Below, one piece after another: positions 57,282 through 64,000 of a DNA stretch of 64,000 nt. Numbering within the stretch: position 1 is the stretch's first letter; every line of letters starts with the position of its first letter. The notes under the pieces are model-generated. The model made no database searches. It was not told the origin of the DNA and saw only the letters and a list, made by a program, of their open reading frames with translations. A program made the translations under genes and the position numbers. Source of the DNA: an uncultured Pseudomonadales bacterium (lineage in GTDB: Bacteria > Patescibacteriota > Microgenomatia > UBA1400 > PJMF01); assembly GCA_964457085.1 (NCBI GenBank), contig CAYWDM010000003.1, forward strand, positions 186-64,185, written 5' to 3'.

Positions 57282-58070
57282 ATGACACTATTTCACGCGT
57301 TGGTATTGGGAGTTATTGAGGGCATAACTGAGTTTCTACCAGTTTCTTCAACATTCCATATGATTGTGGCCGCTAAATTTTTGGGCATTCCACAGGACGA
57401 ATTTACTACATTTTTCGAGGTTTTTATTCAAGCTGGAGCTGTATTACCCCTAGTAGTGATGTTTGCCAAAGAGTTGCTTTTAGATCGCAAATTATTGATA
57501 AAAGTTGTTGCTGGGTTCATTCCAGCGGCAGTAATTGGATTGATATTACATAAAATCATTAAATCGGTATTTTTCTCTGCAGACTGGTTGATGGTGGCGA
57601 TGTTTATTGGAGTTGGACTGCTGTTTATCTTGATTGAATGGTTACTCAAGAAACAAAAACTATTGGCTGAGAAATCATTAGCAGAAATCACCACTTTTGA
57701 ATCGATGAAAGTGGGCTTTTTCCAGGCATTGGCGGTGGTTCCAGGTGTTTCGCGCTCAGGTGCGACTATGGCAGGGGGTATGTTGTCTGGTTTGAATCGT
57801 GAATCAGCAGCAAAATTTTCATTTTTATTGGCAATTCCAACTATTTTTGCAGCATCTGCACTCGATTTATTTCAATCAAGAGAGATGCTTGCTGGCATCA
57901 CTTCAGAACAGTGGACCATGATCGCGGTTGGTTTTTTAAGTGCTATGGTTGTTGGCTGGCTCTGTGTCAAATGGTTGCTTGGTTACTTAAAACAACACGG
58001 CTTGGCCTGGTTTGGTTGGTATCGAGTGATCGCTGGCGTGATGCTGCTATCTTGGATGCTTTTAAAATGA
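57282..58070 (+). CDS. uppP: undecaprenyl-diphosphatase
   Basis: LGVIEGITEFLPVSSTFHM signature of UppP/BacA; ~8 TM; 262 aa. Confidence 0.9.
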   Translation: MTLFHALVLGVIEGITEFLPVSSTFHMIVAAKFLGIPQDEFTTFFEVFIQAGAVLPLVVMFAKELLLDRKLLIKVVAGFIPAAVIGLILHKIIKSVFFSADWLMVAMFIGVGLLFILIEWLLKKQKLLAEKSLAEITTFESMKVGFFQALAVVPGVSRSGATMAGGMLSGLNRESAAKFSFLLAIPTIFAASALDLFQSREMLAGITSEQWTMIAVGFLSAMVVGWLCVKWLLGYLKQHGLAWFGWYRVIAGVMLLSWMLLK

Positions 58071-58095
58071 GAACGAGTAAGCACAACAGTGTTTC

Positions 58096-58818
58096 GTGTT
58101 TAGTATGAAACACATCGAGTTATCGCCACAAATATCAATCGTAATTTCGCATAAAATTGATGGTAACTTTCGAGGTGTGGAAAGTGTGTCTCCATGGTTA
58201 CAGCAGGTTGGTGTTAGTACTCCAAAAATGACGCATCTGCAGTTGGAGCATGGTGACCAGGTGGCAGTGATTAATGCGGAATCTGCATTATTGCTGGCTG
58301 CTGATAGTGCTGTTTTGTCTGGCGGAGCTGGCGGCATAAGTCTGGTAGTTGGCGATTGTATTCCGGTGGTGATGGTTGATCCTGAGACTCATCTTTTGGC
58401 TTTAGTGCACGGTGGCTGGAGGTCACTTCGCTCTGGAATCATTCAAAAAACAATTACCACTCTATGTGACAATGGAGCGAAAGCTTCCCGAATTCAAGTT
58501 TGGATTGGACCGGGAATTAGACCTTGTTGCTATCGAAGTGATACGGAGCCACTGCAGGCAAATGAACAAGATTGGTGTTCATTTGTGACTAAGATTGACC
58601 AAGATGAACAGGAAAAAATTGACTCAGAAATGAGGTGGCAGATTGATTTACCAGGGTATATTTCTTCTATTAGTCAGAAACTTGGAATTTCAAAAAAACA
58701 GATCATAGACGAAGGAGTTTGTACATGCTGTCATCCACAGGATTTTTATTCTCATGTGCGTAGTAAGCAAACTGAGGAAGTGGATGGTAGATTTTTTGTA
58801 GCGACTTTTTGGAAGTAA
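58096..58818 (+). CDS. pgeF: peptidoglycan editing factor PgeF / YfiH-family (DUF152) protein
   Basis: VVGDCIPVVMVDPETHLLALVHGGWRSLRSGI matches the conserved Cys/His active-site block of the YfiH/PgeF family. Confidence 0.75.
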   Translation: MFSMKHIELSPQISIVISHKIDGNFRGVESVSPWLQQVGVSTPKMTHLQLEHGDQVAVINAESALLLAADSAVLSGGAGGISLVVGDCIPVVMVDPETHLLALVHGGWRSLRSGIIQKTITTLCDNGAKASRIQVWIGPGIRPCCYRSDTEPLQANEQDWCSFVTKIDQDEQEKIDSEMRWQIDLPGYISSISQKLGISKKQIIDEGVCTCCHPQDFYSHVRSKQTEEVDGRFFVATFWK

Positions 58819-58923
58819 TCAAATCACTTCAACAGCAATACGCTGCTAATAAACAGCCAGTCAACAAATTTCTGATTCATGATAAAATACCTGTCTGTAG
58901 TCTGAATCTGAAGGAGTAATCGT

Positions 58924-59133
58924 ATGGCAGCCACTAAGAAGAAAAAAGGTCCTCGTCAAGCAACCGGCTTGCAATGTAGCAAATGCAAAGCATTTGGGTA
59001 CGTGACCGAATACAACAAAAACAACGAAACCTTAAAGAAGCAAACCTCTGGTGAGAGTACTTTCCCAATCCAGAAATATTGCAAGAAGTGCAAGGCACGA
59101 ACCGAGCACAAGATGATGAAGAAACTTAAGTAA
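58924..59133 (+). CDS. rpmG: 50S ribosomal protein L33 (zinc-ribbon type)
   Basis: LQCSKCKAFGYVTEYNKNNETLKKQ...KYCKKCKARTEHK parallels B. subtilis L33 (LACTECGERNYISKKNKRN...KKYCP) with CxxC...CxxC. Confidence 0.65.
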   Translation: MAATKKKKGPRQATGLQCSKCKAFGYVTEYNKNNETLKKQTSGESTFPIQKYCKKCKARTEHKMMKKLK

Positions 59134-59232
59134 AAGTTTATTTCTTTTTCAGAATTTCCCATTCGCAAATAAACCAACACATAGTCTAGTCTTATGTTGT
59201 CGGCTCTGCTGTCGTAAGATGGTAGTGCAACT

Positions 59233-60333
59233 ATGGCACTTGAGCAGGGCAAACCTACCATCAACTCCTATGACATCACTCAGACTCAAAATTGGGAGCA
59301 TGATCGAGATATCAGAGAAATTGAAGGTACTTGGAGACTCGAGGACGAATTTGCAATTCCAACGGTTGATCAGTTGCTTTCTGAACAAATTGAACTGGCG
59401 ATAGCGAGTGGCAAATCTGAAGTTGCAGTTTTGGACATTGGCAGTGGCGATGGTGGGTTACTGTATGACGTGGTTAATCATCCCAAGAAATTAGCAAAAA
59501 CTTGGCAACTACTGCAAACTCACCCTGAATTAAAAATTAAATTGATCGGTCTAACTGACGCCAAAAAACCTGAAGACTTTTTGGCTAAAATTGCCATACC
59601 AACTAGTACTGAGAATCCACAACTGACGGCAGATAATTATTTTTATACCGTGACTGCCACACAAACCATTGAGCAGTTTCTGGAAGCAGCACAGCAACCT
59701 GAAGTGCAACTTATACTAGCAACGGTTTCATTGGCGTATATGGGTGCCAATACTTTTTCAAAGACAATGGACGATAGCTTTGCAGCGCTTGGGCCATCAG
59801 GGAAGATGCTTGTTTCTAATTATGGAACCAAGCATCCCGGCTTTCATGTTTCTTCGATTGTAAAAACACTTAATGCTTCTGGACTGCAAAACTCAGAGCA
59901 GGAATGGCAGCAAGATTTACACGCATTGTTCACCGGTGATGCTTCGGCAGATGATGTTGATTTAAATACATTCCTTGGAATGGCGAATGACATTATGAAA
60001 AGATTTCAGCGTATCCCTGAAATGGCTCAAGCTTTTGAGATTGCCAAGAAAAAAATGGAACTGCGAATGCAGACTCTTCCCAAGTTGTTACGAAATATTT
60101 TTGTGGGTAGAAAGAAAAAAGAGCATGAGTTGTATGGGTATAAGAATGTGTTCGTGGTGGCACTAATTACTGCGATTCAAGAATTGGGGGAACGAAAAGT
60201 GCGTGAGCTTTGGCATGAAAAAATCAATATCCTTGATAGATTTGTGGAGCAGTATCAAGATCAGCTGGCCAAAATAGAGCGGACAGACACGACTATTTAT
60301 TTACAAAAAAATGCTGCCGTGCAGCCTGTATGA
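59233..60333 (+). CDS. hypothetical protein with class I SAM-dependent methyltransferase-like N-terminal motif
   Basis: Motif I-like VAVLDIGSGDGGLLYDV; 366 aa. Confidence 0.45.
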   Translation: MALEQGKPTINSYDITQTQNWEHDRDIREIEGTWRLEDEFAIPTVDQLLSEQIELAIASGKSEVAVLDIGSGDGGLLYDVVNHPKKLAKTWQLLQTHPELKIKLIGLTDAKKPEDFLAKIAIPTSTENPQLTADNYFYTVTATQTIEQFLEAAQQPEVQLILATVSLAYMGANTFSKTMDDSFAALGPSGKMLVSNYGTKHPGFHVSSIVKTLNASGLQNSEQEWQQDLHALFTGDASADDVDLNTFLGMANDIMKRFQRIPEMAQAFEIAKKKMELRMQTLPKLLRNIFVGRKKKEHELYGYKNVFVVALITAIQELGERKVRELWHEKINILDRFVEQYQDQLAKIERTDTTIYLQKNAAVQPV

Positions 60334-60372
60334 GACGGAATTTTCGCTCACAAAAGGTGGTCTGATACCAGA

Positions 60373-61860
60373 CTAGTGGCGTACCTCTGACATCATTTTG
60401 ACAATATTTTTAGCACCAGTTAGATAGAGATCAGGTAGGTTTTTGGCAGCCAGTTGGGCTTGGTATACCCATGGCAACCCATGTCGTTGCATTTTAGTGA
60501 TGGCTTTAATTTGTTCAAAAATATTCATCACTTCTGCTTTTTGAGCTACTCCAGCAATCTCAAAACGCTGACGCACATTGTGTTCCCATTCACCCCATTC
60601 TTGGAGTGTCAGCAGGAAGCAACCAGCTGCAGCCACGTCATAAGCCATGTCACCGGATGGTTTGGAGATGAAGCCATCTGCCCAAGGGAAACCGTATTTA
60701 ATCAGTAATTCATTGGCATCGACAATCTGTGGATGATAGAGCACTGTCAGTTCATGGTGCTGTTGGTGTAGTCCCAGCCAGTGTCGAATTCGACCACTAA
60801 TGGTGTATTCTGCAGGATCATGTTCATTGATTAATTTGGTGGTTAATCGCTCTTTTCTGGCGATATCGAGGACACTATTCTTAATATCGCTATGTGTGCC
60901 GGCATAGACCATTATTTGCAACAGTCCGTGATGGTGTCGCATCACTGGAGCTAATTGACTCATAATCGTTTCAATCTCAACTTTGTTGGTTCCCAGTCCG
61001 CCAGTGGTAATACAAATACGGAGTGGTCGATTGGCACGCCATGGTTTTTTGTGGGTTCCGGCTGCGATCACTCGGGGATCAATTGGCGGTCCAGTCACAA
61101 ATACGTGACGGGGATCAACATATTTGCCCATACTTACCGCTTTTTCAAAAAATTCATGCTTGGTGGCTTCATCGAATAAACAAAACCACATATTTGGTTT
61201 TTCTGCATTGGCTAAATAATCAGAGCGAACGTGTGGATCGGTAATAACTTGAACAACTGTTTTGCCCATTTCAGCCAAAATATTCCCGGCTGCGATATGT
61301 AGGGATAAAATTGGTTTTTTTATGTCTTTGCATAAGTAGTAAAGCGGAGGAGTGATGCTCGAGAGAATGGGCAGTTTTTGACGTCCAAATCGATCAACAA
61401 TGTCTTTTAGTTGTTTGAGAAGTGGATGTCTAGCTAAAATTTTCCCAACAGTCTCAGTGATAGTTATTTTTGACCAATCAGTGCGACTGACATAGTTAGT
61501 TGGGTCAACAATCCAGGCTTTTTTTGGGTCAATTTTACTGCCCCAAGCAGCGACGCCGATACCTAGAGCCATAGAAAAGTGTGCACGAGAGAGCACAATA
61601 TCGTTTGTGGTATCGTTTTCAGCTAAACCATGCAAACCTTTCAGGTCTTCTTGATAGGTACCAGCTACTGTGATCACAGGCAAGTTGGTTGATTCAAGAA
61701 ATTTTTTGTCTTTGGCAAATGTCTGTTGCAGTGCGGAGTCGAGGGTGACAGGTGCTAAGTTTTTCCGTTTGGGTACGGCAGACGTACCATATGAACTGGC
61801 AGTTTTTTCGGTCGGGGCAGACATACTACTAGCGTAGCTGGTTTTGGTGTAGTTTGCCAA
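60373..61860 (-). CDS. GT-B fold glycosyltransferase (MGDG-synthase/MurG-like, GT28-type C-terminal domain)
   Basis: RICITTGGLGTNK...LQIMVYAGTHSD...ISKPSGDMAYDVAAAGCFLLTL pattern typical of diacylglycerol glycosyltransferase/MurG-like enzymes; 495 aa. Confidence 0.5.
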   Translation of the reverse strand: MANYTKTSYASSMSAPTEKTASSYGTSAVPKRKNLAPVTLDSALQQTFAKDKKFLESTNLPVITVAGTYQEDLKGLHGLAENDTTNDIVLSRAHFSMALGIGVAAWGSKIDPKKAWIVDPTNYVSRTDWSKITITETVGKILARHPLLKQLKDIVDRFGRQKLPILSSITPPLYYLCKDIKKPILSLHIAAGNILAEMGKTVVQVITDPHVRSDYLANAEKPNMWFCLFDEATKHEFFEKAVSMGKYVDPRHVFVTGPPIDPRVIAAGTHKKPWRANRPLRICITTGGLGTNKVEIETIMSQLAPVMRHHHGLLQIMVYAGTHSDIKNSVLDIARKERLTTKLINEHDPAEYTISGRIRHWLGLHQQHHELTVLYHPQIVDANELLIKYGFPWADGFISKPSGDMAYDVAAAGCFLLTLQEWGEWEHNVRQRFEIAGVAQKAEVMNIFEQIKAITKMQRHGLPWVYQAQLAAKNLPDLYLTGAKNIVKMMSEVRH

Positions 61861-61988
61861 GTGGGAACGATTGTCTATTTAATTCTTTGCAGCTTTGGCT
61901 AACTCGTTTCTGGCTGACATCTCGAGAGTGATACGGTACAATTACCAACACTGACTTGTTGAGGATTTTTGTCAGTGCACTTTAACTT

Positions 61989-62059
61989 AGGGCTATTATG
62001 TAATGGTAGCATTGAGGTCTCCAAAACCTTCCGTCAAGGTTCGAATCCTTGTAGCCCTG
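61989..62059 (+). tRNA. tRNA-Trp (anticodon CCA)
   Basis: Acceptor AGGGCTA/TAGCCCT, D-arm ATGT-AATGGTA-GCAT, anticodon stem GAGGT/ACCTT loop CTCCAAA, T-arm CAAGG-TTCGAAT-CCTTG. Confidence 0.8.
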
Positions 62060-62061
62060 CA

Positions 62062-62186
62062 CTTATAAAAAAACGAGCAACAGCTCGGATTTTTTATAAG
62101 TATGAGAGACGAGGATGCCCGTGCCCAATCAAGCGAAAACATCCAGGAAAACATCCAGTTAGTAAACTCATGAGCATGATGGGGTA
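62062..62186 (+). mobile_element. ~125-bp mini-element 3' of tRNA-Trp, flanked by 18-bp direct repeat aatccttgtagccctgca (62044-62061 and 62187-62204)
   Basis: Starts with A/T-run hairpin aaaaaaacgagc-aaca-gctcggattttttt (doubles as tRNA terminator). Core gcccgtgcccaatcaagcgaaa, end motif ctcatgagcatga; homologous to the Pro-associated copy. Confidence 0.5.
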
Positions 62187-62241
62187 AATCCTTGTAGCCC
62201 TGCAGAAATAACAAACCAGCTGTGATAAGAATTTAATTCTT

Positions 62242-62460
62242 ATGATTGAATCAAGATTACTTCACGCTCAAACTATGTTTGAGTTGAGTCTAGAATGCGG
62301 TGAAGATTTAGTTAAAATTAAGACCGCATTTGATGGTCTAAAATTACGTGAGAAACAAGAATCTTTTTTGAAATTTTTTACCGATGACCAGATTATTAAA
62401 TCTGGCATATTTGCCAGTATGTCAGATTTAACAACCGCCTTTCCTAATTTAAGGTACTAA
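62242..62460 (+). CDS. hypothetical small protein
   Basis: 72-aa ORF; weak evidence. Confidence 0.25.
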   Translation: MIESRLLHAQTMFELSLECGEDLVKIKTAFDGLKLREKQESFLKFFTDDQIIKSGIFASMSDLTTAFPNLRY

Positions 62461-62781
62461 TAAATTGACCTTTTAAAGGTTCATTATTTAGTACTGACAA
62501 ACGTGTATTTGAAATAGGTTCCTGCATCCTCAACCAGTGCCTACAGTATCCTATAATATTTGACTTGTCGTATTTTTCTCTATATAATTATCTCGTTATT
62601 TTGGATGTGTTATTCTGGTTGCCAGATTAATTCGTCAAAATGACATTGTTCTTTAACACTTGATGAGATAAATGAGCTAGCGAGTGGCATCTTTTCCATC
62701 TTAAGTGGTGGATAAGCTTCCACTCGTTAGGTAGCTGCGTAGCTATTATGTGAGTGAATAAATTTTTCGGGAGAACAAAGC

Positions 62782-63159
62782 ATGTTTAATCCGTACAACG
62801 AACTTACAACAATCTACGCCATCGCTGGGCTGATAATGGGACTTTTGTCTTTACTATTAGCATTGATTGAAATCGTCTCTTTTTTCGAAGCCAAAAAAAA
62901 TAAGGGGCTGTTTTGTTTTGCGACTGTCATGGCAATAGCCGCAGTGTTTGACTTTGGACTTGCCAGATCAATTTACATTTTTGTTTTCTTGGTAACCATA
63001 GTTATCATGATCAAAAAAATAGAATTGAACGAATCAAAGTTCGCTCAAACATTGAGGATAGTACTTTGGCTACTTATCCCAGCTATTGCAATTCTGGCAT
63101 TAAAAATGATCACACCAATCTGGTGGGATCAAATTATGCGCATCTTGTCAACGTATTAA
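62782..63159 (+). CDS. hypothetical small membrane protein
   Basis: 125 aa, 3-4 predicted TM helices, followed by terminator at 63164-63195. Confidence 0.35.
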   Translation: MFNPYNELTTIYAIAGLIMGLLSLLLALIEIVSFFEAKKNKGLFCFATVMAIAAVFDFGLARSIYIFVFLVTIVIMIKKIELNESKFAQTLRIVLWLLIPAIAILALKMITPIWWDQIMRILSTY

Positions 63160-63163
63160 AGAA

Positions 63164-63195
63164 AAGACCCTGGGTTAAAATCCAGGGTCTTTTCG
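63164..63195 (+). terminator. rho-independent terminator
   Basis: agaccctgg-gttaaaat-ccagggtct + tttcgg. Confidence 0.6.
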
Positions 63196-63253
63196 GTTTA
63201 ACTTGTTATTTAAATTTGAGTTCAAGCGATGCTCTCTAGAGTACAATTACTAG

Positions 63254-63673
63254 ATGACTTTAATTTCAAATGCCATGGTTCCAGAGCTAAGTATCTCCAA
63301 TTTTGAAAAGAGTTTGGATTTCTATACCAGAATTTTAGTTTCTCCATTTAATATATAAGAGAAGAAGAAGGGTTTGCATATCTCACTTTAGGTGATGTTC
63401 AACTCATGATTGATCAGATTGGAAAAGGAGGAGCTTGAGAAACGGGCAAATTTTAATACCCTCTTGGGCCTGGTGTTAGTATGCAAATTGAAGCTCTGAG
63501 CATTGAGCCTTTATAAATAATCTTGAGCGGGATGGCGTTAAACTATTTTTAGAAGTTGAAGAGAAGTGGTACCGTAAAGATGAAGTGGAAGTTAGAAATA
63601 GGCAATTTATAGTTCAGGACCCTGATGGATATTTGTTGAGATTTACTGAAGATCTGGGCGAGAGAGTGATTAA
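63254..63673 (+). pseudogene. decayed VOC-family (glyoxalase/bleomycin-resistance-like) gene with multiple frameshifts/stops
   Basis: Frame 1 gives MTLISNAMVPELSISNFEKSLDFYTRIL then a stop. Other frames carry GFAYLTLGDVQLMIDQIGKG and the VOC C-terminal block FIVQDPDGYLLRFTEDLGE. Confidence 0.45.
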
Positions 63674-64000
63674 ATAAGTTCCCACACCCTTCACTAGTGC
63701 CTGCAGATATAAAAAACGAGCATTTAGTTCGTTTTTTAATACCTGAGCTTTGTGAAAAATATATCAGCTATTTTTTTATTGATTGCTCTCTTCTCGACCA
63801 AATCTTGCTTCCAGCGAACCCAATAAATCTCATGACTCTTATTACTCGAGGATCTTCAGTTGAACTCTGACCTTTCACTGAAAGCATGATTTTTTCCTCA
63901 AACTCACCTTTTGTACTAGATGACAATACAAGTAAATTAATCATACTGAGTGTTTGTGCCGTAACTTCACTGCTTGGCATTCCTGCTAGTTCAGAAATTT

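Noticed and set aside
61969-62214. Two overlapping 72-aa ORFs on opposite strands
   Set aside because: They overlap tRNA-Trp and the mini-element; no coding signal.

Overview
Low-GC (~40%) bacterial chromosomal segment. The gene content points to a small-genome, Gram-positive-type, Patescibacteria/CPR-like organism; this is inference only and no taxonomy search was run. Content: competence genes comEA and a split comEC, many secreted or anchored proteins, and divergent housekeeping proteins. Housekeeping genes clearly recognisable from motifs are leuS, thrS, ndk, an M16 peptidase, murD-like ligase, tagA-like GT, galU, uppP, pgeF/yfiH, rpmG, rplJ-rplL, and secE-nusG-rplK-rplA. There are six tRNAs: Arg-CCT, Pro-CGG, Thr-GGT, Tyr-GTA, Thr-TGT, Trp-CCA.

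Two things stand out. (1) A five-gene minus-strand cluster (45.4-54.1 kb) sits directly upstream of secE. It encodes large secreted Cys-rich proteins with cohesin-like modules, Pro/Thr linkers and C-terminal dockerin repeats. One member is a papain-family (C1) cysteine protease carrying a dockerin. Together this suggests a cohesin-dockerin based surface protease or adhesion assembly. (2) A family of ~90-140 bp intergenic mini-elements shares a GGGCACGGGC-containing core. Three copies lie immediately 3' of tRNA genes (Arg, Pro, Trp), each flanked by a 17-22 bp direct duplication of the tRNA 3' end.

Other notable points: an MreB homolog with degenerate nucleotide-binding motifs, an accessory patch with an excisionase-family gene and three tandem small paralogs, disrupted rplKAJL-rpoBC synteny, a frameshifted GT-C glycosyltransferase, and a decayed VOC/glyoxalase pseudogene.
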